Origin: Torpedo marmorata
Taxonomy: Eukaryota
Direction: 5' to 3'
Assembly: GCA_977017645.1 (NCBI GenBank)
Contig: OZ360247.1
Location: forward strand, 49,538,001-49,602,000
Length of the DNA: 64,000 bases
Below, one piece after another: positions 1 to 11,999 of this stretch. A model generated the notes under the pieces. The model saw nothing but the letters and a program-made list of their open reading frames with translations. It was not told the DNA's origin and made no database searches. A program made the translations under genes and the position numbers. Within the stretch, counting starts at the first letter, position 1; every line of letters begins with the position of its first letter.

Positions 1-584
1 CATCCACGTGGATGCAATCACAAAGAAGGCTCGTCAGCGGCTATACTTTGTGAGGTCTTTGCGGAGATTCGGTATGTCACCGAAGACTCTCATAAACTTC
101 TACAGGTGTACCATGGAGAGCATTCTGGCTGGTTGCATCACTGCCTGGTATGGAGGCGCCAACTCCCAGGACAAGAGTAAACTCCAGAAGGTAGTTAACT
201 CGGCCTGTGACATTACAGGCACCAAACTTCACTCCATCGAGGACATCTACATGAGGCGGTGTCTTAAAAAATGCAGCCTCTATCCTCAAGGACCACCACC
301 ACCCAGGCCATGCCCTCTTCATTCTGCTTCCATCGGGAAAAAGGTACAGGAGCCTAAAGACGAGCACTCAAAGGCACAAGGACAGCTTCTCCTCCGCTGC
401 CATCAGATTCCTAAATAATCAATGAACCAAAGAGACTGCCTTACTTTTCGTGCACTATTGTTTATAATTTTTTTCTAGTAATGTCGTTAGTTGGTTAATA
501 TGAATGTTAATTGCACTATGATGCTGCCGCAAAACACCGAATTTCATGACTTGTTCATGACAATAAATTCTGATTCTGATTCTG
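1..584 (+). mobile_element. Rex1/Babar-clade LINE, 3' fragment (cut by window edge)
   Basis: ORF 8-418 [19 protein letters not shown]...FYRCTMESIL (Rex1-type C-terminus, frameshifted); 3' end CATGACAATAAA(TTCTGA)n. Confidence 0.85.
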
Positions 585-2663
585 CAGGGTTCAAGATTGG
601 TTTGTCCCACTGAGACAAGGGAAAGATGGTAGGGAAAGGGTACCGTGGCTGATGAAACAGGTCAGGAAACTAGTCAAGAGGAAGAAGGAAACATACATTA
701 GATATAGGAAGCAGGAAACAGGAAGGGATCGTGAGAAGTATATGGTAGCCAGGAAGGAGCTTAAGAAAGGACTTAGGAGAGCTTGAAGGGGGCATGAGAA
801 AGGCCTTGGCATGTTGAATTAAGGAGAACCCCAAGGCGTTCTATGCATACGTGAAGAACAGAAGGATGACGAGAGTGAAGGTGGGGCCGCTAAAGGATAA
901 AGGAGGCAACATGTGCCTGGAGGCAGAGGAGGTTGGGGAGGTCCTAAATGAATACTTTGCGTCAGTATTCACAAGAGAAAAGGACCTTGACCATGGTGAG
1001 GTCGAAATTGAACAGGCCTGTGTGCTGGAAAATGTGGAGATTAAGGAAGTTGAAGTGTTGGATCTTCTTAAAAACATCAAGATTGGTAAGTCCCCGGGGC
1101 CGGACGTGATATACCCCAGGCTGCTGTGGGAAGTGAGAGATGAGATAGCTGGGTCAGTAGCTATGATCTTTGAATCCTCTTTGGCCGCAGTGGAGGTGCC
1201 GGAGGATTGGAGAATGGCAAATGTAGTCCCCTTGTTTAAAAAAGGTAATAGGAAGAATCCTGGGAATTATAGACCAGTGAGTCTTACGTTAGTGGTGTGT
1301 AAACTAATGGAGAGGATTCTTAAGGATAGGATCTATGAGCATTTGGAGAAGTACAGTCTACTCAAGGATAGTCAGCATGGCTTTGTGAAGGGAAGATCGT
1401 GCCTCACGAGTCTAATTGAGTTTTTTGAGGAGGTAACAAAAGAAATTGATGAGGGTAGGGCAGTAGATGTGGTCCACATGGATTTTAGCAAGGCATTTGA
1501 CAAGGTCCCCCATGAGAGACTCATCCAGAAAGTCATGAGGCACGGGATCAGTGGAACCTTGGCTGTGAGGATAAAAAATTGGCTTGTAGGAAGAAAGCAG
1601 AGAGTAATAGTGGAAGGAAAGTATTCTGCCTGGAGGTCGGTGACTAGTGGAGTGCCGCAAGGATCTGTTCTGGGACCCCTGCTCTTTGTGATTTTTATAA
1701 ATGACCTGGATGAAGAGGCGGAAGGATGGGTCAGTAAGTTTGCGGATGATACGATGGTTGGAGGAGTTGTGGATGGAGCTGAAGGTTGTCGAAGGTTACA
1801 GGAGGATATAGACAGGATGCAGAGTTGGGCAGAAAAGTGGCAGATGGATTTCAATCCGGATAAGTGTGAGGTGATGCATTTTGGAAGGACAAACCAGAAG
1901 GCTGAGTACAGGGTTAATGGTCGGTTACTTAAGAGTGTGGTTGAACAGAGGGACCTTTGGGTTCAAATCCATACATCCCTCAAAGTCGCCGCACAGGTTG
2001 ATAGAATAGTTAAGAAGGCCTATGGTCTGCTGGGATTCATTAATAGAGGGATTGAAATCAGGAGTAGAGAGGTCATGTTGCAACTCTACAAATCTCTGGT
2101 AAGACCACAGTTAGAGTATTGTGTTCAGTTCTGGTCACCTCATTATAGGAAGGATGTGGAAGCTATGGAGAGGGTGCAGAAGAGATTTACCAGGATGTTG
2201 CCTGGATTGGGAAACAAGTCTTATGAGGCAAGGTTAGCAGAGCTTGGACTTTTCTCTTTGGAGCATAGAAGGATCAGAAGAGACTTGATAGAGGTCTACA
2301 AGATTATGAGAGGCATAGATAGGGTGGACAGCCAGCACCTGTTTCCCAGGGCAGGATCAGCAAACACCAGAGGACATATGTACAAAGTTAAGGGAGGGAA
2401 GTTTAGAGGAGATATCAGGGGTAAGCTTTTTACACAGAGAGTTGTGGGTGCCTGAAATTCCTTGCCGGGGATGGTGGTGGAGGCTGAAACATTGGGGGCA
2501 TTTAAGAGACTCTTAGATAGACACATGGATAAAAGAAAAATAGAGGGTTATGGGGTAGGGAGGGTTTAGTACTTTTTTTAAAAGAAGGAATGTATAGGTT
2601 GGCACAACATCGAGGGCCGAAGGGCCTGTACTGTGCTGTAATGTTCTATGTTCTATGTTCTAT
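585..2663 (+). mobile_element. CR1 LINE, 5'-truncated
   Basis: RT ORF followed by a CR1 3' UTR ending GGGCCGAAGGGCCTGTACTGTGCTGTA and an (ATGTTCT)n tail. Confidence 0.92.
851..2455 (+). pseudogene. CR1 ORF2 reverse transcriptase remnant (534 aa open)
   Basis: Motifs [40 protein letters not shown]; premature TGA at 2453. Confidence 0.9.
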
Positions 2664-2842
2664 CCTGTAACCGAGTAAATTATTCCAAAATATTTATATA
2701 TATTTATTTTATATTATATCTTTAGGTACATATGTGATTCTTATGTGCTGTGCATTGTGTGTGTACTGTGGCCCGGAGAAACGCTGTTTTGTCTGGTTGT
2801 ATATGTACAGATAGATGATAATAAACTTGAACTTGACCTTGA
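2664..2842 (+). mobile_element. Rex1-type 3' UTR fragment
   Basis: Similar to the 3' UTR of the Rex copy at ~49395-49590; AATAAA(CTTGAA)n tail. Confidence 0.6.
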
Positions 2843-3494
2843 TTTTAAGGAAGTTTCATTTCCTTATGCCCGAGCCTATATTTGTCTCTCAACCTTTGCC
2901 ACTACGCACACAATCATATTTGAAGGAATCAGCTGCATTCTGATTTTTACATTTTGCACGAGGCAACCATGTGTAAATATTAAATACATTTATCTAAATT
3001 TTGGAATGTTCTAATATTGTAAAGAGTGCCACAATGTAAATCCTTTCTCTTTGGACCAGGGCTTTGGTCAGCAGGTTCAATGATAAATACTCAGGACACA
3101 CTTGACATTATTACCTGTTGAAATGCACCGATATTGTTATATTAGGGATGCAATCTAAAACATAATGGGCAAGTGTTGACACCATGCGGTTAAAGTGATC
3201 TTATTAGGGGGAAGGTTTCGAGCAATTGGTTTCTTCTGTTGCCCTTCTCATACTGGCCAAAGCCTTTTGCTGCACATGCTAGGCTAGATATGAGGTTTTG
3301 ATTTTGGTTGGATCACAGGATCAGATTTGTTTCAGGAGAGGAAAGAACAGGGTGCATCATTCTGCAGCATTTGCCACCTCTATTCTGGTGATTGAGCTGC
3401 TTAGATTCAATAAAAACATACTATATTTCTGTAATTATATATACCTTTAATGACCTCAACTTTAGAGCAACTTGGTACGATTCAAATGGGTGAT

Positions 3495-3640
3495 AGAGTA
3501 GGGCAGGTAGAGTCACTGATTCAGAGAGCAGAGACTCAGGTTTGACCCTCTGCCACTATCTGCACAGAATTTGCACAGGTTTCTCACTGTGACCGCATGG
3601 GCTTTTTCCAGGTTTATTCCTGTGTGCCCACGCACACATA
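3495..3640 (+). mobile_element. tRNA-derived V-type SINE, 5' half (split by Rex1)
   Basis: Degenerate tRNA-like head then TTTGCAC..TTCTC..GTGACCGCATGGG core; continues at 13050. Confidence 0.6.
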
Positions 3641-4492
3641 CCGGGTGTTCCCCAACCAGAAGCCCTGAATCAGAGGATTCGCAACCTGCTGAGGGCGAGA
3701 ACAAGGGCGTTTAAGGCCGGGGATCAAGATCTCTACAAGAAGACCAGGTACGACCTGCGGAAGGCCATCTCTGAGGCAAAGTGGCAATTCCGGAGGAAGC
3801 TAGAGACAGAGACAGATACACGCCAGCTATGGCAGGGAGTGCAGGCCATTACAGCCTACAAAGCGAGGGTGAACACTATAGATGGATGTGATGCTTCATT
3901 ACCCGATGAGCTGAACACCTTCTATTCCCGCTTTGAGAAGAAGAACAAAACAGTGCCTACTAGAATCCCTGCAAAGGCTGAGGACCCTGTGATATCTGTC
4001 TCTGAGGACGATGTTAGAACATCATTCAAGAGGGTGAACTCTCGCAAGGCGTCAGGCCCTGACGGCGTACCTGGCAGGGTAATGAAAATCTGCGCCAACC
4101 AACTAGCCGGAGTGTTCACATACATTTTCAACCTCTCATTGCGGAAGTCAGAGGTTCCCACCTGCTTCAAAAGGGCATCAATCATCCCGGTGCCCAAGAG
4201 TAGTGTGAGCTGTCTCATCGACTACCGCCCAGTAGCACTAACTTCTACTGTGATGAAATGCTTTGAGAGGCTGGTCATGGCCAGAATTAACACATATCTA
4301 AGCAATGATCTGGACCCACTGCAATTTGCCTATCGTCACAATCGCTCCACAGCAGATGCAATATCGCTGGCTCTCCACTCAGCTCTGGATCACCTCAAAA
4401 ACAGCAATTCATACATACGATTGCTCTTCATCGACTACAGCTCAGCCTTCAATACCATTATTCCTTTAGTTCTGGTCAAGAAGCTACAAACT
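3641..4492 (+). mobile_element. Rex1/Babar LINE, upstream part (split by L1)
   Basis: ORF 3839-4513 with KASGPDGV, DYRPVALTS, DPLQFAYR, LFIDYSSAFNTI; continues at 12015. Confidence 0.9.
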
Positions 4493-4622
4493 GGGGGTTA
4501 CGTGATGTGCTGAGGCGGCAGGGTCGAAATCCCGAGCCTCCCAGGAAAAGAAAGAAAAAGAAGGGAAAAAACAGCATACAAACCAGTATTTTGCAAGGAG
4601 CACAGAAAAAAAGATACAGAAG

Positions 4623-5786
4623 ATGCCACGACGGAAGGACGTACCGGTAGATTCAACCCCCGAGGTCCGTGTGTCTGGAGACACCGGTCGGGAGCAGAGG
4701 CCTGCTCTGAAGAAAAAGCCAGGGGCAGAGGTTCGGCACGACACCCGCGGGGAGGCTTCGCCCGATGGGCTGGGCGGCGGAGTGCCCTCGGGAAAATGGA
4801 GAGGTGCTGCGGAAAAGCCGGGCATGGGCCGGGACGGGCGCACCCGTGACTCAGCTGTCAGGAACACAGAAGGCGCTGTGCGGGTGGAGGGGAGGCGCGA
4901 CTCCGACCCGAGCGGAGGGAACAGCAACACAGAGAGCAGCGGTGGAGGCCAGGAGGACTATACCAGTGCTGATGAAGAGGAGACCACGGGGGGTGGTAAA
5001 GGAAAGAAACAATTAAAAAAGAAACCTTCTGGTATTACTAGCGATGATATAATGAAATTCTTGCAAAAGAATGGGAAGATAATGAACAAAAAATTTGAAG
5101 ACTTAATGTTAGAAATGAGTAAAGTAAGAAAATATATTAGAAATTTAAATGAAAGAATAAATGATGTGGAGGAACAAATGGAGGACACAATGGACAGAGT
5201 GGAAAAGATGGAGGATGAAATAACAGGATGGAGTACAGAAAGGAAAAGAATCTGGGAAAAACTGGACACCCTAGAAAATTTTAGCAGAAGAAATAATATA
5301 AAAATAGTCAGACTAAGAGAAGGGGTAGAAGGTACAAACCCTGTGTATTTCCTTCAGAAATGGATTCCACAAGTTTTGGGTAAGGAAAATATAGGGGAAA
5401 CGATTGAAATTGAAAGAGCGCATAGAACACATATGCCACGCCCTGGATTGGACCAAAGACCTCGCTCTATCCTGGTAAAATGTTTAAGATATCAGGATAG
5501 GGAAAAGATATTAAGAACAGCCGCGATAGGAGCAAAAACAAGAGGGGGTCCATTGGAAGTGGACGGCGAGAAGATACTTTTTTACCCAGACATAAGCGCT
5601 GCATTACTACAACGCTGTCGTGAATTTGACCCTGTGAAGCATATCCTCCGACAAAAAGGATACAACTTTATTTTGCGACACCCAGCGACTTTGAAAATAA
5701 TACTGCCGGCTGGAGAGAAGAAATTCTTTTCTGACATTAAGAGAGCTAATGAATTCGTAAAAAAGTTACCAGATATAACACAGTAA
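4623..5786 (+). CDS. L1 ORF1p (coiled coil, RRM, CTD), intact 387 aa
   Basis: Heptad region then LENFSRRNNIKI, IEIERAHR, RPRSILVK, FYPDIS, LRHPATL. Confidence 0.9.
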   Translation: MPRRKDVPVDSTPEVRVSGDTGREQRPALKKKPGAEVRHDTRGEASPDGLGGGVPSGKWRGAAEKPGMGRDGRTRDSAVRNTEGAVRVEGRRDSDPSGGNSNTESSGGGQEDYTSADEEETTGGGKGKKQLKKKPSGITSDDIMKFLQKNGKIMNKKFEDLMLEMSKVRKYIRNLNERINDVEEQMEDTMDRVEKMEDEITGWSTERKRIWEKLDTLENFSRRNNIKIVRLREGVEGTNPVYFLQKWIPQVLGKENIGETIEIERAHRTHMPRPGLDQRPRSILVKCLRYQDREKILRTAAIGAKTRGGPLEVDGEKILFYPDISAALLQRCREFDPVKHILRQKGYNFILRHPATLKIILPAGEKKFFSDIKRANEFVKKLPDITQ

Positions 5787-8329
5787 AAAAAAAGGAAATG
5801 GTTTTCTTCTGAAATTGTAATAATTTTTTGTTCTATTGTATCTTTTTCCTTCTGTAAATACGTATACAGTATATGAAAAAACATTATTAGTAAATATGCT
5901 GGGAGGGCTGAGGAGGACGGAAGTTGTTTCCTTCAGCACATACGCGTGTGTATGGGTGTGTTAGACCCGACCTGTACGGTAGAGGGAGGCGGTGTCACTT
6001 CCTTTTTGTACACCAGTTTTGTTAAGGGGAGGGTTTCCCCTTTGTTTATATTCACAACTTTTCTACTTTCTATCTTTCCGTCTTTCTTTACTTTAAAACT
6101 GACACGTTGGGAATTGGTGGTCTTACTCCAAAGGGCAAGAAATGATGGATTCTTGAGGAATGGATATGGGGAGAGGGGGTGGGGGGATGGGGTAAAAGAT
6201 TCTCTATCTGATAGGGACCTTTGAGGTGAATAGCAATACAGTAAGATATATTAGTTTTAATGTCAATGGTTTAAATGGACCTGTGAAAAGAAAAAGAGTC
6301 CTGGCATATATCAAAAAGATAGGAGTGGACCTGCCCTTCCTTCAAGAAACTCATTTAACAGAAAAAGAACCCCAAAAATTGAAGAGAGGATGGGTGGGCC
6401 AGGTCATAGCATCTTCATTTAACTCAAAAGCAAGAGGAGTAGCAATTTTAATAGGGAAAAATATTCCAATTAAAGTGCAAGACGTGATTGAAGACCCTTC
6501 AGGAAGGTATATAATGATTCACTGTCAGATATATTCAGAGCCCTGGACCCTGATGAATTTGTATGCTCCCAACACAGATGATGAGAAATTTATACATGAA
6601 ACATTTTTGAAATTGGCTGATGCACAACAAAACATCATAGTGGGTGGAGACTTTAATTTCTGTCTGGATCCGGTTCTAGATAAGTCAGGAAGAACAATTA
6701 TAAGGACAAAAGCAGCTAAAGCTACTTTGCTAATGAAGGATCTGAATTTAATGGATGCCTGGAGAAGACTCCATTCAAGGGAAAGGGACTACTCTTTTTA
6801 TTCATGCAGACATAATTCAAACTCCAGGATAGATTATTTTTTGACATCAGTTCAATTACAGAGTAGAATTGTGACAGCTGAATATAAAGCAAGGCTACTA
6901 TCAGATCACTCACCTTTGATATTAAAAATTACAATGCCAGATAAAAAAAAGACGGTGTATAGATGGAGATTAAATTCAGGGCTGTTGAGAAGACAGGAGT
7001 TTTGTAATTTTATTAGGAAAGAAATTACAAAGTTCTGTGAGACCAACTGTATTTCTACTACCAATAAATTTATTATTTGGGATACTTTAAAAGCATATTT
7101 GCGAGGACAAATAATCAGTTACACTACAAAGATGAAAAAGGAATATACAAGGGAGGTGGATGAATTAGAACATGAGATATCTCATTTGGAAAAAGACCTT
7201 CAAAAGTCAGGCTCGGAGGAAAAACGTCGAAAATTAATTAATAAAAAGCTCAAGTATAACACATTACAAACATATAAAATGGAGAAAATTATAATGAGAA
7301 CTAAACAAAAATACTATGAGCTAGGGGAAAGAGCCCAAAAGGTCCTTGCCTGGCAGTTGAAAACAGAACAGGTCTCAAGAACGATTAATGCGATCAAAAT
7401 GGAAACAGACAGGATTTCCTATAAACCACAGGATATTAATGAGGCTTTTAAACAATGTTACATTAGACTATATGAATCAGAATCTCAAAGGAATATTCAT
7501 AAAATAGGATTCCTGTCACAATTGGATCTTCCAAATCTAGATTTAGAAGAGCAGAGGGAGCTAAATGCCCCCTTTACCCAAGCAGAGATAGAGAGGGCAC
7601 TGGGTTCATTCCAAATTAACAAATCTCTGGGGGAGGATGGGTTTCCACCTGAATTTTATAAAGAATTTAAAGATCTTCTGATACCTCTTTTTATGGAGGT
7701 GTTGGATCAGGCGATTGAGACACATACACTCCCGGAATCATTCTCAACAGCAATAATTACGGTGATCCACAAAAGATAGGGATCCATTAAAGCCGTCTTC
7801 TCATAGACCTATTTCCTTATTAAATTCGGACGATAAGATCATTGCAAAAGCCATGGCAAACAGGCTGGCAGTTTTTTTGCCAAAATTGATAAATATGGAC
7901 CAAACAGGCTTTGTACAAAAAAGACAAATAGTGGACAATGTAAGCAGATTGCTTAGTATAATACATCTGGCACAATCGAGAGATGATCAAGGTGTTGCTG
8001 TGGCCCTGGATGCAGAAAAAGCCTTTGATAGAGTGGAGTGGGATTTTTTATTTAAAGTGCTGGAACGATTTGGACTTGGACAATATTTCATAAACTGGAT
8101 GAAGGCTTTATATAATAAGCCTCAAGCTGGAGTTGTGACCAATGGACAAATTTCTTCAGCATTCCCACTATCCAGATCTACCAGACAAGGCTGTCCACTG
8201 TCTCCAGCTCTCTTTATTTTGGTTATAGAACCGTTAGCGGAAGCTATTCGGCAAGATCCAGACATTAAGGGATTCAGGATTAACCAGGAAGAGCACAAAA
8301 TTAATTTATTTGTGGATGATGTACTGATA

Positions 8330-9176
8330 ATTGTGGCGCTGCCGGAGTCGCTGTAGCGGCAGCGCTGCCGCTGGTGCGGACCCGCGGGGAGCGAGGGAGC
8401 GGAGATACAGTGCTCCCGCGGGGTCCAACCACCCAGTCGACTGCCGTCGATTCCGCACGGGCTTTGAACGGCCCGTTAAAGGAGCCAACGGTAATTTTAT
8501 TTAAGATCCCGCGACCACGGGGTCTGCGCCCAAGATGGCAGCGCCTTTTAACCGGCAGCAGCCACGAGGGGCTGCAGATTTCGGGGAATCCGAGGACTGG
8601 AGCAGGGCACCAGAGGATGGGAAGATCACCCCCCGTCTGAGAAGGAGAAGCGGAGGAGACGACCCACGGGATGGTGACCACGGCGGCAGACCGGTGAGGG
8701 GCTCTGAGGCTGAAGGACCAGTGCATGTGGTGGGCTGCTGGCGCCTCGAGGCGAGGAACCCACGGACGCTGTGGACTGCTGGAGACTGCTGTCGGGAGAC
8801 TCACGCCAGGCTGCGGACTGCTGGAGGCTGGCTCGAACTGGCTGGAGGAGTACCAGGTATCGGAACCGGGATGCGAGGGGGTGCCGAGGGCGACCTGACC
8901 GTGTCGGAGGTTCGGATCTGGAGCTCGGGATGCCGATTGTTTGGACTGGACTCTGTGTGGCTGCGGAAGCGCTGGAGGTGAATCTATGGACACTTGGTGA
9001 CTCTGGGGGGACTCTCTTTTGCTTCTCTTTCTCTGACTGTAAGGAATGTTAGAGGCGCTTAGGCAATTTCTGCCGGTGGCGAATCTGTCTGCCTTGCAGC
9101 AGGCAAAAATAAATTTCATGGAATATGACGCTGTCTTATTACTATGACAATAAATTGAATCTTGAATCTTGAATCT
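8330..9176 (+). mobile_element. GC-rich non-coding retroposon, copy 1 (full length)
   Basis: Interrupts L1 RT at VDDVLI|YLT; flanked by TGATA (8325-8329, 9177-9181); ATGACAATAAA(TTGAATC)n tail. Confidence 0.85.
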
Positions 9177-9806
9177 TGATATACCTGACAGAACCAGCAG
9201 TTTCATTAGAAAAATTGTACTTAAAATTGGAAGATTATGGGAAAATTTCGGGTTATAAGATAAATTGGGACAAAAGAGAGATTATGCCACTTATGGGTGG
9301 GGATTACACTCAATACCAAAGGAATACAAATTTTAAGTGACCGGCAAATGGGATAAAATATTTAGGTATCAAAACAAATAATAACTTACAAGATTTGTAC
9401 AAGTTAAATTACCTCCCCTTGCTTAGAAAAGCTGAAGAGGACCTTAATAGATGGACAGCACTGCCAATAACACTTATTGGTAGGGTCAACTGTATAAAAA
9501 TGAATATATTGCCACGGGCCCAATATATTTTCTAAACACTACCTGTACCATTGCCTCGAAGGTTTTTTCAAGATTTAAATAAATGTATCAGGAAGTTTAT
9601 TTGGAGAGGTAAGGTAGCCAGAGTCTCCACTGAAAAATTAACATGGAGATATAAACTGGGAGGTTTAGAACTCCCAGATTTAAAAAAATATTATTGGGCA
9701 GCTCAAATGAAATTTGTCACCTCTTTTTTTGAAAGAGGAGGCAAGCCCTCTTGGGTAAAGATGGAACTGCATAAGGTGGGAGAGAGGATAGCAGAAGACT
9801 TTATAT

Positions 9807-10650
9807 TCAAGATTCAAGATTCAAGATTCAATTTATTGTCACAGTAATAAGACAGCGTCATATTCCATGAAATTTATTTTTGCCTGCTGCAAGGCAGACA
9901 GATTCGCCACCGGCAGAAATTGCCTAAGTACCTCCAACATTCCTTACAGTCAGAGAAAGAGAAGCAAAAGGAAGTCCCCCCAGAGTCACCGAGTGTCCGT
10001 AGATTCGCCTCCAGTGCTTCCGCAGCCTCCGCAGCCACACAGAGTCCAATCCAAACCATCGGCATCCCGAGCTCCAGATCCGAACCTCCAACACGGTCAG
10101 GTCGCCCTCGGCATCCCCTTGCATCCCGGTTTCGATACCTGGTACTCCTCCAGCCAGTTCGAGCCAGCCTCCAGCAGTCCGCAGCCCAGCGTGAGTCCCC
10201 CGACAGCAGTCTCCAGCAGCCCACAGCCTCTGCGGGTTCCTCGCCTCGAGTCGCCAGCAGCCTGCCGCATGCACTGGTCCTTCAGCCTCAGAGCCCCTCA
10301 CCGGTCCGCCGCTGTGGTCACCGTCCCGTGGGTCGTCTCCTCCGCTTCTCCTTCTCAGACGGGGGGTGATCTTCCCGTCCTCTGGTGCCCTACTCCAGTC
10401 CCCCACTTCCCCTCGTGGCTGCAACCGATTAAAAGGCGCTGCCATCTTGGGCGCAGACCCCGCGGTCGCGGGATCTCAAATAAAACCACCGACGACTCCT
10501 TTAACGGGCCGTTCAAAGCCCGTGCGGAACAGACGGAAGTGGACTGGGCGGCTGAACCCCGTGGGAGCGCTGTATCTCCGCTCCCTCGCTCCCTGCGGGT
10601 CCGCACCAGCGGCAGCGCTGCCGTTACAGCGGCTCCGGCAGCGCCGCCAT
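9807..10650 (-). mobile_element. GC-rich non-coding retroposon, copy 2 (full length)
   Basis: Reverse complement of copy 1; removing it restores L1 codons D-F-I-Y-K-W. Confidence 0.85.
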
Positions 10651-11999
10651 ACAAATGGGATAACAAATTAATATCGGTGTAAAAGAAACCCCCCTGTTGA
10701 ATCACATAATTGATATCTGGCATAAAATAAAATATCAGATTGGGGATAAGGGGAAGTTATCTCCAAATACGCCCCTGGCTCAAAATAGGTGTATACCTTT
10801 TACAATGGATAATAAGATCCTGGATGCCTGGTCCCGGAAAGGGATCAGATGTGTCGAGGATTGCTATGAGCAGGGACAAATTATGTCATTTGAACAATTA
10901 AAAAATAAGTATGGTAATATGAACAACACACTCTTCTGCTATTTCCAGTTGAGATCTTACTTAAGGGATAAATTGGGCCCATCAATGACCTTACCGAAAT
11001 GCAGTGAAGTGGAGACTTTGATTCGAAAGGGGATCACAAAGAAGTTTATTTCAGCAGCCTATCTTTAACAACAAAAAGGAATCCCTAAATGGGCTACATA
11101 ATAGACCTAGACAGAGATGGAAATCAGACTTGGACATAATAATTAATGAACAAAACTGGTCCGACTTATGTCGGGACAGTATGAAAAATACAATAAATGT
11201 GAGATACAGACTGGTACAATATAATTTTTTGCACCAAAAATTGAATAAATTTAAATTAGAAATATCAGATATATGTTTTAGATGCGGCAAAGAAATAGGA
11301 ACGTTTTTACATTTAACCCGGTCATGCCCCAAGGTAAAACCTTTTTGGACGGACTTAGGGAATCTTAGAACAAATTACAGAAATTCAGTTCCCACAACGC
11401 CCAGAATTATTTCTATTGGGCAATATCTCCGGCGTAAGACCTAAGATGAGGCTGTCAAAATTCCAAATAAAATTTGTAGAGATCGCATTGGCGGTGGCCA
11501 GGAAATGTATAGCGGTCACATGGAAGTCTGATTCCCATCTTGGTATGACAAGATGGAATGAGGAAATGTACAGCTGTGTTCCCCTTGAGAAGATTACCTA
11601 TAACCTTAGAAATAGATATGACATATTTTTAAAGATTTGGACTCCATATATACAACACATGGCTGTAAATCTATAGCCAGGCCCCTCCTCGCCTCCAGGA
11701 CCTATGTCCATTTCCTCTTTAAAAATCCGAGTATGCCAAGTAATTTAAGCCTGCGGGGTGGACGACGAGTCTCCAACGTCTTCTTTCCTTTTCTATTTCA
11801 ACGTTTTCTTATTCTATTTCTCTCCTTTCTTTCTTTTAAGGGGGAATTGGGTGGGTGGGTTTTTCTCTGTTTGTAATTTTGTTGTTTTTTAGTATAATAG
11901 TCAACAGACGAATATTATATTTGATGATGTATTATTTTTGTTATTGCTAATATGTTTGGCTTAAAAAAATACAAGTAAAATATTCAACAACAAAAAAAA

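Larger units (their letters stand above)
6226..11676 (+). pseudogene. L1 ORF2 (APE endonuclease, RT, C-terminal Cys domain), disrupted
   Basis: SFNVNGL, LQETHL, GGDFN, SRIDY, SDHSP; DAEKAFDRVEW, RQGCPLSP, LFVDD; CFRC. Frameshifts, stops and two ~850-bp insertions. Confidence 0.9.
4493..11999 (+). mobile_element. Full-length L1-clade LINE carrying two internal insertions
   Basis: Starts GGGGG; ORF1, spacer, ORF2, A-tail; TSD AAGAAGCTACAAACT (4478-4492) / AAGAAGCTACAAGCT (12000-12014). Confidence 0.93.

Noticed and set aside
1372-1854. Antisense ORFs over CR1 and Rex1 RT regions
   Set aside because: Shadow frames of RT coding sequence.
4484-4930. Antisense ORF at the L1 5' end (ORF0-like)
   Set aside because: GC-rich antisense frame overlapping ORF1 with a non-ATG start; single copy, no support.
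8330-10650. One DNA transposon with 850-bp TIRs capturing L1 sequence
   Set aside because: Each arm has its own retro-type tail and junction, the L1 frame is collinear through both, and solo copies exist elsewhere.
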